NCBI GenBank assembly: GCA_013265495.1
Contig: MU058337.1
Span: 2,324,686 to 2,388,685, forward strand
Length of the DNA: 64,000 bases
Origin: Vicugna vicugna
Lineage: Eukaryota
Direction: 5' to 3'
Below are positions 25,481 through 37,159 of this stretch, in pieces. Below the pieces are notes generated by a model, which was not told the DNA's origin, did no database searches, and saw only the letters and a list, made by a program, of their open reading frames with translations. Numbering within the stretch: the first letter of the stretch is position 1; every line of letters starts with the position of its first letter. A program made the translations under genes and the position numbers.

Positions 25481-27399
25481 TCAAGAACCAAGTTGGGCCC
25501 TTTGGGTACCCAGAGGGCTGAAATGCTAAATCTCAATGTGCCGCTCTGCTTCCTGATTTTAGTTCAAAACCTTGACGGCCTCTGTAATTGACCTGGAGAA
25601 TCCTAAGAGCAACTGGTTCCTGCAGATGTCACTGGACCTTGAGACCCGAGGGCAGAAAACTTGAGTGTATTCTCTGGTGACCCCTCATCCATCCGCTTTG
25701 TTCAGATTTACCCTGGGACCAATTCATCCAGTTGGTGCATGTTTCCCAAGACCTACTCTGGCACCAAGATTCTGTGAACAAAACATGGGCTCTCCTCTCA
25801 CGGAGATTACATTCTATGTGGTTGATACAGACGGTTAGAAAACATCAAACACATTAAGATAATTTCATACTGTATGAAGTTCTATGAAAGATATTTTTAA
25901 AAGGTCGTGAAATGGGGAAGGTTGATGCTCAGGTGACTAGAAGAGGCTTTTGAGAAGGAGCTGGTTGCACCAAGTATCTGTGATTCATTTGTTTCAAAAT
26001 ATTCAGCGCCTATTATTAACCAGCTATTGTATTTCATTACCAGTGGGGTGCTTTTAAAACCACTAAACCACATTGATGTGTCAGAAACTCAGGACCCATG
26101 CCCATTGCCAGTAGATTGAATTTAAATCTCATGCATGTGATCCAGAGATCAGTATCTTTAAAAATCACTAAAAGCAATTTTAAGGCATAGCCAGAATGAT
26201 AGTAAAGATACCTGAATGCTCTCTTGAACTTGATTTACTAGAACATGAGAAATGATGAAAAGGAAGCAAATATTTTGGCTTCTAAATGAATGAGGAAAGG
26301 ACAGAAAGTGAATTCCAAGAGACAATTAGGAAACTCAGTAATTTATATTAAAAGTTACAGAGGACCAAAATTGAGCAGTATCTATGAAAATGGAAAGAAT
26401 AAAAATAAACAAAAAGACTTAAGAGCTAAGAATAAAAACGCGTCAAAAGTAACCCTGAGATTTTCAACTTCATGTCTGGCATAAAGATGATGATGTTTTG
26501 AGATGTAACCAAAGCAAAAATATTAGGAGAAGTAGGCTGGGTTTGTTTTCAGACATTATAAATTTGTAATTCTTGTTCAGTTGTGAATGTATACTTTTTC
26601 TTTTTCTGAAGTCCTGAGACAAGCAAAAACAATAAAGAAAACCATGATTTCATGCCAGAGACTAAGCTAGAAAAAAAAAATTCTGATGCCCAACATAATT
26701 TTAAGCCTCCCACGTTATCCAAAATACATATGCTGTAAATTGGAATTTCCAAATTAGATCCACCTTCTTATTACAGATAAAGAGAAAAAGGAAACCAAGC
26801 TTTGTCTTTTTCAGAATCATTTTTAGACCCTGCATCATGAGAAATATTCTGAAACAAAGTCTTTGAACATCAAAGTCCAATTACAAAGTAAACTGGACTA
26901 AATGTATTCATGTATTAGCTTGACCTACGTCTGGGAACTGGGCCAAACTTTTCAAGTTATGCTACCATGATTTACCAAAAAAAGGACATGTTAACCAACA
27001 TTATTAAAGAAAAGCATATATATACACACATAACAGGAACCAAAATAAATGCTTATGTTAATTAATGTTGAAGATGTGTATGTATACACAAGGCAAAGAT
27101 ACAGTACCCTCTTGAGCAGCGCTGGGAATAGTAGCTGTGCCAGGGGAAAATGTATACAGTCTCCTGGCCTGCAGGGTATGTGTTTATTGTGTTATACAAA
27201 TACACAAAGGAGCCACTTCCACAATTGCCTGGAACAAAATTGCAATCTAACGTTTTGCATTTAAAATTCCTTCTACTGCTCCATTTCTTGATGAATAGCA
27301 GGTCATGAAACTTAGGTGTTTGCAAAAATAAACATAGTATGAAAGATACCTGAATCTCTGTGAAATGCAAACTTTTTTTTGCATATTTAGGGAAAACAT

Positions 27400-28060
27400 T
27401 GCATCTGTTCAGAAAATTGATTATTTTTTGTAATCTCACTTTTTTCTTTTAATGAATATGAAATAAATGAAACTCTTCTCCTTCTCTCCTGCCTCTTCAG
27501 CCCCCAATGCTGTAGCCACCATCATTTTATATTCTTCCAGACTTTATTCTATGCTTATAGGAATATATTTTTTTCTTGTTTTTTCCCCAAATGAAAATGG
27601 TTTTGCCATGTGCTTTTTTGTTTTTGTTTTTTTCCAAGTCAGTACATATGAATCAACTACTTTCTTTTTAATTGCTCTATGAATTTCCTTTAAGGAATAT
27701 TTTGTAATTGATTTAACCATTTTTCTATTAATTGAGAGTTCTCCCCACCTCCCAGTTTTTGGCTAGTAAACTATACTGTGCTGTAATGAGCATCCCTGGA
27801 CATGTATTTTTTCTGTGTAAATAAGCTAATATTTGTGGAGGACAGCTCCCTAGAAGTAGGATTTCTGAGGACATTACTGGATCAAAGATTATGCATATTT
27901 TGATCTTGATAGATAATGTCAATTTTCCTTATAAAAACCTATAACCATATTCACTCTTCTCAATACAGTTATGACAGTGCCCATTTTCTCATACCAAAGG
28001 TAGAGTTATCTATTGAAAAGTTGCCCAGCAAGTCTGTGAATAAGATATCTTGTTTTGTTT
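27400..28060 (-). mobile_element. Old L1ME-like fragments
   Basis: tttaaccat..ccagtttttggcta..atgagcatcc..cctagaagtaggattt..gacagtgcccattttctc. Confidence 0.6.
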
Positions 28061-28303
28061 AACTGAAAGTTGGTATTTTATATTCATGATGGACCCCATT
28101 TTAAGTCCTGTTTAATTTGCTGCATTCCATTTGGTCCAGGGCAGATATTGTCCTTTTTTTGTTTAACCATTGAAATCTTTTCTTCTAAATTAAATAGCCT
28201 ATTAACTTTCTTGTAATTTATGCAGTGCAGGATGGAAATTTTTATATTTTGCTTGGATTCACTATTATGGCCAGTTTGATTTTATGCGTAACAGCTTTCC
28301 TCA

Positions 28304-28686
28304 TCAGACTGGATATTTAAGCCACCTGTCTTGACAAATATCCCACTTTTCTCTCTGAAATGTTTGCTCTTTCTTGCCCTGTCGCAGGATTTCATGTGTC
28401 TCGGAGATATTCACCTCTGTGTGGGGTCCCAATTTTCCCAGTGACTTTGCAGCACAGTAACTTGGCTGAAATGCTGATGAGCCCAGATAAGAAGGAGATG
28501 ATGACAGGAAGGGATAATTGGGAAATACTGCCCTGGGGAAGAAATAGTTTGTGTCTGGGAGAGAAGGGCTTGACCACTCTTTCTCAAGTGACACTGATTT
28601 TTGAAAAGTGGCGTTAAGAGCATGCAATTCCAGAGACCCCTCGCTTCTTGCAGAAATATCTACCACGGCAGGCTGAAACTCGTTTT
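28304..28686 (-). pseudogene. Gene B terminal exon (open for about 127 codons)
   Basis: tttttaacctttaaag|AA AAC GAG; ENEFQPAVVDISARSEGSLELHALN...ICQDRWLKYPV*; possible ATTAAA at 28116-28111. Confidence 0.7.
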
Positions 28687-29320
28687 CTTTAAAGGTTAAA
28701 AAAATAGAAAAATGTGCAACTCTTGAAGAGATTTCCAAATTGTCATTGTGAGCAGAAATCCAATATTTCAAGTTAAAATTGAGAGGGTTTTCAAGAAGCA
28801 GCAATTATTTCAGGCAGAAAGCAAACAGAAATGCCAGCAGTCAAAAAAGCCTGTGAAAAGATATGATTAAAACTGAGATTTTTAAAAAATATATTTGTCT
28901 GTAGTTCTTGACTTTTAAAGTCCACATTTTCCCTTGAGAAAAGAATGAAAAACATTAAAAATGTTAAAGAAAGGCATAAGCATGTTTAAAAAGAAACAAA
29001 TTAAGAAAATATTAGTATCATGTTACCAACCCCAAAGCCAAACAGAAAACACTTCTCAGTATGATTGGAAGTTAGTGTGAGGGAGAAGAAAACCATTATT
29101 ATTATAATTATTATTATTTATTTATCTTTTTGGCAGTCTTATTTGCCGACTGACTGATGCCTGATAGTAGATTCACTCTTATTTATTATATAAGAAAGGT
29201 TGTATCCTTTGATTTTAGGGAACGGTTTTAACAAAATTGTCTACTTGCGTCTTGTAAATGCTTCAAGAGGAATTCAGGGCATTCTACGTTGGAAATATCT
29301 CAAGACCTCTTAACTCCTAC

Positions 29321-29380
29321 CTTTCACTCTGATTTCTTAGTGGTTCTGCCAGCCTGGCCTCTGCTCAGAAGCTGTCCTTC
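29321..29380 (-). pseudogene. Gene B exon 5 (60 nt, phase 1-1) with TAA stop
   Basis: ttctcacctcttag|GA AGG...AAA G|gtagga; RTASEQRPGWQNH*EIRVK. Confidence 0.7.
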
Positions 29381-31096
29381 CTAAGAGGTGAGAAATATTT
29401 TTGAAAACCAAAGTCAATACTACTAATTTGAATATGATCGTCCTCTTGAGAGCAATTAATGACAGATATTGTGTTAGATGCTTCTCTGTTCTTATGGGGA
29501 TAGCTCTCAGTGAAGATGTGTATTTCATATCAGTGTATCTAGATTTAGTCATTCTTTTTAATGATTACATAGTATTTCCATGTATAAATTACTCCCAGTG
29601 GTTATTTTTTTACATTTTCTCCCCAAGACAAAGACTGTCTTAATGAGCATCTGTCAGGTTTCTTTTTATTGGTCCATTTATCTACCACATTCTCTACCCA
29701 CATACTACTGAGGGCATCTTTAAATTAGTTTGCTGATTCATACTCCATATTAAAAACATAGGATAGCATTTCCAAGTACTAAGCAAATGCTATGAAAATC
29801 ATTGCCATCATTTCCTATTCTCATTACTTCTTTACTACAACTATTACTGCATAAAGTCAACAGCACTCAACAAGAAAACTTTTATTTTTTAACCTTATTT
29901 TTGTCAGAAATAGGACCTTAACATTTTTTTTTTAAAGGTGACTTTCCTAGGATGTTTTGTGGCAGATAGATGGTACTTAAAACATTTGTTGAATGAAAAA
30001 AAGTAATAAATATTAGCTATTTTGGAGAGTTTTTTTGACCAAAAAAAAACACATTGACAAAAGAAACATTTGAAAATTTTGTGCCAAATAAACAGACCTA
30101 TTAATAGAGATTTTTGGTATTTATGAAGATTTTACAAATTTTAATAATTATTATTTTAAAGGTTCATATTGAAATGGGCAAACTGATACCTCTCAATCAT
30201 ACTATTCAAATTTTTCTCAGTATACTAATAGATGTTCTTTATTATAAAGTGATTTATTCTGAACTGTAAATATACTAGATGGATTAGATAGTACTTGCCA
30301 CATTAATATACAAAACGTATCACACATTAAACGAATATTCATGGTTTAAGATTAAATTTGCTGTTTACTTTCAATATTTTTTTCTTAGTAGTGAAGGCTC
30401 CCTAAATTTCATTGGTTCTTCTCCATATACTAACTTGTATATAATTAATACTTCATCATTTGATTTAATCTTAAGGCTTCAAATGTCCTTTAGTTAATGT
30501 TACATAAACTTAAAATTCTTTCTTAATTCTCTGTGTGAACAGCCCAGTTAACAGTGGAACAGTGTCTGGCATTACAAGTCAATATGGTTGTTTAATGCCA
30601 TTCTCTTCATGAGTGTGTAAAGGAAAATTTTATAAATAGCCTTTTTAATGCAATGGTTCTCTTAAACTCACACCAGTAATAATTCTGCACAGAAATAAGA
30701 CAGCCAAATGTGTGGAAATAAATTTCATTCGTATATAAAATATCTAAGATAGGAAAAATTATACACATAAAATTTAAAGCTAGCTAAGGATTCATTGAAA
30801 ATTTTTCATATGCCATCTCTCCAAATCTGGTTTTAAGGAAACTGTAACATAATTCCAGGAATAAAGACCTTCTGGAATTGGGATTTATGGAAAAGAGATT
30901 ATAGCCCCATAAGGTTCTAGGAATGTAAAGGGCCTGAAAGATTCTGTAGGAGAAGGTACTTTTCTTTTCTTGCTAAAGATTAAATGAGTTTCTGAAAACT
31001 CTGTTTTCGGTGAGCATACATTTCTTCCATTGGTGCTGGATTTTGTATTGATTAATAGTGACCTTTTTTTTTTTCTTCTTTGGAAAGAAAACTTAC

Positions 31097-31223
31097 AGGG
31101 ACAAAAATCACTGTTCTGCTTTTATTAAGATCCCCTGTTGACTTTGAGAGGTAAACATTGATTTTTGATGGGTGGGTGCAACATATTGAAGAAATTATTT
31201 GAATCCTTGGTGAGATAATGCTT
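31097..31223 (-). pseudogene. Gene B exon 4 (127 nt, phase 0-1) with tandem TAA stops
   Basis: attattag|AAG...CCC T|gtaagt; KHYLTKDSNNFFNMLHPPIKNQCLPLKVNRGS**KQNSDFCP; stops at 31127-31122. Confidence 0.7.
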
Positions 31224-31763
31224 CTAATAATATAGCTGGTTATCAAAACAGGATGTGTCTAACGTCAGTCTAAATAATCGTACACCTTTAGGTTTTTACG
31301 TTGATAATTTCAGTAGAACATTTTGAGACAGAAAATTTCTTTCAACTTTGAAAAGTAAGTCTTTGATAAAACATGTCTCTTAATAATTGTTCGTTCTTCT
31401 GAAAAAAATATTTGAGTACAGGAAGAGTAACTGAACAGCAAGGAGTCCCAGGCACAGGGTTTTTGATCACTTTAGACTTTCAAACAGTGTCTCAAACTTG
31501 AGCAGGATCTGGAAAGTCTGTCGAGGTTTTAGGAAATAATCAAGTGATGACTGAGGGCACATAGGACTGAATCACTGTATGTGCTATCTGTGTCTTTTGT
31601 AGGTGGGCGGGGCTGGGGGTGGGGAGAGTCGTTGCTGAATGTGATGGGGACTGGGTGGTGCAGGCTTCTGATGCTCTCAACATTTTCCACCTTGTAGGTC
31701 AGGCCAAAATTGTAATAACAAAGCTCACTGCAGCTGCCTCCTCAGTGTTTCGGACTCACTCAC

Positions 31764-31866
31764 ATGAGAACATGCATCATCTCTGCCTTTCTTGAATGCA
31801 CATGCGTGCACATTTTCAAATATAAAGTCCAAAGACGTTGCAAGATGTGGATGGAATCCTTCATAC
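31764..31866 (-). pseudogene. Gene B exon 3 (103 nt, phase 2-0)
   Basis: gttttag|G TAT GAA...CAT|gtgagt; YEGFHPHLATSLDFIFENVHACAFKKGRDDACSH. Confidence 0.75.
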
Positions 31867-32734
31867 CTAAAACTAGTCCAAAAGAACGATACTTTGAAAC
31901 TTTACCAAGGTTTGAACAAATGGCATGATCTTGTCCATTTAAATGTGTGTGTCTTCTGGTCTGTCCCATCTTACAGAATTGTATTTTTGATCAGGTTAAA
32001 CTTAACCTATGCAAAATCATGCAGACTCTTGACTAATCTGTTTTACTGAATTATCCTAAAATCTAAAGTAAGAATAATTTTGAAATTTTATTGATAATCC
32101 TTGAGTAATAAAAAAATTACTGTAATATATTTTCTGCAGATTTTCAAATATATTCAGTATCTAATGTGACAATTACTGTGTAACAATATTTAACAATATT
32201 GTTAAGTTAATTTTTTTTGTTATTTTGTTTAAGTGACTTATTTAGCACTCCAATAAGGATCTAGAAAGATAAAAACACTATTCTTTCATAATGTTATTAC
32301 ACTGTGCTGTTCCAATAACATTTAATAGATGGTTAACATTTTCTAACATTAAGCTGGTACTGTGGGATCTTTGAAAATATCACATATATTTGGGTTTCGC
32401 TTTAGCACTTTAGAAGGCTCATTATCATAACTTAAAATTAGATTTGAAATTTTTTTCAAAAAAACCTGTTATGTGTATTTTTTGGGTGGGGGAACAGGGA
32501 GGGAAATTCCTTTGGTATCCTCTGTTAATCTTTATGGCTCATTGGATATTTATCTGTATTTCTGAATTCCAGAAGTAACATGTTTAATGGAACAAATCAA
32601 CCAATAGTATGACAAGTTAAAATCTGTAAAGATAAAGTCAGTTCCTATATTAAAAGAATATAGTTAATTAAGATGCTACAAAATCCTGCCTCCTCATGAG
32701 GGCAAACATTTGTTCTTTGATAGAATGTGTATTG

Positions 32735-33910
32735 ATTGACTATCCATTCCATACAATAACTTTCCCAGGCTCTAAGTTTAGAGTGAGGATCAAAACAGAT
32801 AGGTTTCAAGGTCTCTGCTCACATAGAGTTTACAGCCCTATCTGGGAAAACAATAGCAAATAATCAAATATCAAAATAATCTCATTAAGAGATGTACATC
32901 TGATTCAAATTTAGGTGATGATTCTGAAGGAAAGAGAGCTAAGTCCATGAAAGTGGCTTAAAGTAGGCGATCAGGGAGATCTCCCTGAAGAACTGTTGGT
33001 TGAGCTGAAGGAAATCTAGCACACGTGGCTGCCTGGGCAGGGGGCGGGGAGCCTTCCTGGAGAGGCCACAGTAAGGGGAGAAGGCCAGGAGTGGGACTTA
33101 CTCAAGTGATTCAGGAAATGGGGGCACACGAGAGTGCCTATGTCCCAGGTCTTGGTTGAGTTCCTGGGACATGCCCTGCCAGGTAAGGGTCCTTGGCATC
33201 GTGGGTGAGCCATAGCTGAGTTAAAGGTAGATTTATTCAGAGAGGTGCACTCTCCATAGACAGATGCAGAGCATCTCAGAAGGCAACAGAGAGGCCACGA
33301 GGCATGGGGGAGGGGGGCTAAAGTAGAAGTAGATACACACTCTGTAGACAGAGTGCGGGCCATCTCAGGAGGCCACAGCGGGTGAACACGAGGTGTGCAG
33401 CTGTTAGCTTTTATGGGCTTGGTGACTTCGTATGTTAACAAGTAGGAGGATTATTCCAGCTGCTTTGGGGAAGGGGTGAGCGATTGGGCCACCACCCACT
33501 TTCTGACCGTTGATGATCAGCCTCGGAACTGTCGTAGCACCTGCGGGAGTGCTGTTAGCATGCTAATGCGTCACAGTGAGCGTGCAGCGAAGCTCAAGGT
33601 CCCCTGGGAGGTGCGTCTTCGCCGTCTCGTGCTGACTGCTGTGCCGTTCTCTTAATGGCTGTGCCCTGCCCTCTTCCCTCTTGTCTCACGAGGACTGGCA
33701 AGAAGCTCACAACTGAAGAGAAAGCAGATCGTGAAGGAAGGCAGTTTGAGATGATGCTCAAGAAGCCAAGGGCTTGGTGAGGCAATAAATCTGGAATTTA
33801 GCCAAAAAGAACCGGGAAGCCATTGGACAGGTCGGGCAGAGAGTGGAGGTGACAGGACCAGATCTGCATTTTGAAGATCTCCCTTGGGTTGCACAAAGGA
33901 GGGGTGATTG
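32735..33910 (-). mobile_element. L2 fragment split by an ERV LTR
   Basis: gtctctgctcacatagagtttacagc, tcagggagatctccctgaag, gggaagccattgg, ccagatctgcattttgaagatc. Confidence 0.6.
33107..33688 (-). mobile_element. ERV1-like solo LTR in gene B intron 2
   Basis: TG...CA ends; 4-bp TSD caag/cgag; homologous to 3762-4353; retains many CpGs. Confidence 0.85.
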
Positions 33911-34385
33911 GACGGGTTCAGAGTGGACGAGAGGGGGCACATTAGGCCCTTTTAAAAGCTCAGGAGAGCGAGGACGGCGTCGGCCACTGGGGGGAGGGCT
34001 TGGCAGGCACTCCTTTGTTGTGTTTGTACAGGCAGACAAGTATTTCAAAGCATTTATCTGGTGCAGGGATGGGCACTAACCAAGCAGCATGGGAGACGGC
34101 CGGGTCAGAACACGCCCCAGTACCTGCAGGCTGAGCGTGAGCTCTGCGTGGCAACGTGATTTCAGAACACGCGCAAATCTATATAAACAAAGTGAAAAAG
34201 TGAAAAGATTACTTTATGCCCTTGGCTGTCAGGGGGTTAGACTATATTACCCTGCAGTTTGAGGAGATCAGCATTTAACCACAGCATTTGTTTTCTTTTT
34301 CTCCACATAAAAAAGTGACAAATGATCCTTGTCCTTAATAATAAGCAGAAAGGGCCTAGGATTACCAAAACGTCAATACTTACAC

Positions 34386-34561
34386 CAGAGAGAGTATTGC
34401 AAGCGAACCCAGAAAATACTGTCTGTTTTGCTAAGTGAAAAGCATCTCACTGAATATCTGGAAACCTCATTGTCTTCTCTTTCTGGCTCTTTTATGAGTT
34501 ACCATAACTCAGCTGGAGCTGCAGTGTAACTGACCAGGGCTGATGATGAAATCAATAACCA
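34386..34561 (-). pseudogene. Gene B exon 2
   Basis: atttttgttttag|TGG...CTC TG|gtgtaagt; VIDFIIS / LVSYTAAPAELW*LIKEPEREDNEVSRYSVRCFSLSKTDSIFWVRLQYSLW; TAA at 34501-34499. Confidence 0.65.
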
Positions 34562-36984
34562 CTAAAACAAAAATAAATGGTGTTTGGGGTGCAAGAAACA
34601 TTTAGCCATTTTCATCTTAGGGAAAGTACATCTGACTTAAATGTACTCCAATGGCTAATATTTCACACACACACACATATATATATATGTTTAGTAAACT
34701 CTGGTTTTGCTAAAATTTCTGTACTAGCTAATCAATATCCACAATGGTGGACTCTCTCTTTGGGCTCAGAGTCAGTGCACAATTTAAATAGGAAATGCTG
34801 TGTCATTTGATTCCACTGAAAAATAATTTCCTGGTGGGAATGTGTTTTAAACTCTCCCCACTATTCAGCCCAAAAGCCTTCAAACAAGTGAGCGTTTGGG
34901 GGGAATGCAATTGGAGAAGTTAGTTTCACACCTCAAAATTTAGGAGCTAAGTGGTAAAGGGGTGCTTCTTCATCCTCCACAAAAAAAAAATTAGCTGCAA
35001 CATTTCAGTGGAGGAAAGAAAACGAGATTCTGGCACTTTTAAATTCTAAGGTCATCAGTAGATTTTTTTTTTTTTTAACAGTCCTTGATTCTCAAGTTTG
35101 TACGTCTTTACTGATTCACCTGTTGTAATGGTGGAACCATTCTGGGACACTGAGGCTGGCATGATATGTGCAAATTGTTCCTTTTGGAGGAGCACAGTGA
35201 CCCCTCCTGTTTCTTTTTTTCTGTGTTTTAGACAGCTGACTATGGAAATTGCAATGAGCTTTGTGTCTGAGGTGGGAAAGCCGTTGGAATAGTCTGAGAT
35301 TTGACAAGAAATGATGGCATCACCAGTACCGAACAACACAGTGTAGCACGATTTCAGAGGAGAGGGTGGGGTGCACAAGATAATATAACTTGTGATCTTG
35401 ATAAAGGTGAGTAAGTCTCTGAAAATAAATTAAAAAAGGAAAAAAAGCGCATAATCTCTAGATAAGGTATGTGGGTATCTATAGTTTACGTTAGTACCTA
35501 CAGACATTCAAATTGATCTATCAGTATTTAATTATATTTACTATCCTTGATCTATATATCATTTGCTTAAAATACGTAGGATTGACAAGGGAGGCTACTT
35601 TAAAATGTGAAAGTAGGAAGAGATTGTGATTAGAAGCATTTATGAGTCAATCACGTAATTCCTATCAAGACGCTAGATCCAATCAGGTATTATGTGATTG
35701 CAGAGGATTATTCTGCTGTCTTAAGGCTGTGGGTATTTAGGTTATGATTTCAAAGTTTAAGAGGCCAAAGCTAATTGCCTCCTGAATTCACAGTCGTATC
35801 TGGAAGGGACTCACGGGCAAAGGTAAAAATACATGATCATCTACAGCTGATTTGATTGGAGCTGATGGAACCACAGCAGGAAAGGGGTGTCACTGTCACA
35901 CGTGGAACTAGGTTTTGCTGACTTGGCAGGCCCACGAGTTTTGAGGGACACATGTCGCAAATACGGAAAGTAGATGAATATGTAAAATTGTATGAATATT
36001 TATAACTCTCTGGTCTTTTCATAGCGTATTTATTAACACCAAAACAATTTTAGATGGGCTATCAACAAAAATATTTAAAAATAAATCGCAGTCTACTCAT
36101 TTAACACACATTGATTATGATCAGCTACAATGAGACAAATTAAACATCCGTCAGAGACTATTTAATAAGTTTTACTGCACTGACTTTTAACTAAATCACT
36201 TTCAAATGCTTTATCAACAGTTTTTAAACACAAAGACACAGTGGCCAAGCTCTAATATAAATGAATGAATTTGCCTTTCTGGAAGATCACAGGCGGATAA
36301 ACAGGATGCTGAGGGGACAGCCGTGAACCAAGGAGTTCTTGCCCTGTTTAAATGGTCAAGAGACTCAGTTTCACTTGGCCTCTGTCAAGGAGGAATACAG
36401 TTCCTATTTGCAGACTTTTTTTGAATTTTTACATAAATTCCCAACACTGTTAAATCAGTAATTGATTTTGATGTTTATACAACAGTAAACTGCCAAACAA
36501 AATAAGTATGCAACTGGAAATGGCCTGCCCCTCCACCCCCAGATGTGACCTTGTCTGTTCCAGTGTTGAGAAATTTACTCCAGGGCAGACGCTCGTGTAA
36601 GTTTGGCTAGCCCTAGAGACTGGCCTGGGGCAGGGCCGGGGTTGGGGTGGGAGGGCATTAGAGCACTGTTCCAGAATCGCCCAAAGCGAAACTCTCAGAA
36701 GCTTGAATTTTCACCATAAACATACACAGTATACACTGTCTATACTGAAGAAATGGCCTTGTCAAATGGCAGCTTGACAGGATGGTTCACATGAAGTTTT
36801 TGCCTCCTTTTGTGAGTAAAAGAATCATTTTAGTTGCCTTTTCCTCCTCCTTGCCCCCTCCCACCTTTTTTTTTTTTTTTTTCTTATTTTCACTGAATGA
36901 CTCTACTTCTTCCGGCCCCTGTGAGGGGGCCTGCTTCCAGTGTGTCTGCCTGTGGAGCAAAGTGAAGGAGGGGACAGAAGTGGG

Positions 36985-37065
36985 TGGCGGTGAGATTCCC
37001 AGCGCCCCGTGAAACGCGGCGGCCGCGAAGCAGAGCCTGAGACGGTGACAGCTGCCGGAAGCACT
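36985..37065. promoter_or_regulatory. Small CpG-rich patch with ETS-type motif, adjacent to gene B first coding exon
   Basis: Clustered CpGs (gcgccccgtgaaacgcggcggccgcgaag) and CCGGAAG at about 37055 in an otherwise CpG-depleted window. Confidence 0.4.
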
Positions 37066-37068
37066 TAC

Positions 37069-37159
37069 TGTTCTAGAAATTCTGTCCCCTACTTCCTTCA
37101 GAATAGTATGAAAATTGATTAAATCACCTAGATTTCAGCTTCTTGCTCTCCAGCATCCT
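37069..37159 (-). pseudogene. Gene B first coding exon (ATG 37156-37154)
   Basis: aatcag|AGG ATG CTG GAG...GAA CA|gtaagt; MLESKKL / NLGDLINFHTILKEVGTEFLE (frameshift needed). Confidence 0.6.

Larger units (their letters stand above)
28304..37159 (-). pseudogene. Gene B: 6-exon unprocessed pseudogene, about 310 codons, N-terminal CARD/death-fold-like region
   Basis: Exons 37159-37069, 34561-34386, 31866-31764, 31223-31097, 29380-29321, 28686-28304 (TGA), all AG/GT bounded. Phases of exons 2-6 are compatible. Multiple stops and frameshifts. Confidence 0.75.

Noticed and set aside
33016..34154. Cluster of ORFs of 63-141 aa
   Set aside because: They fall in the GC-rich LTR/L2 sequence; no gag/pol/env similarity is evident.
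35055..35378. Exon-like open segment (cag|ACTATTCC...ACAG|gtgaat) within gene B intron 1
   Set aside because: Resembles L2 3' motifs (catcatttct..gactattccaacggc, tttgcacat), and inserting it would split the CARD-like region.
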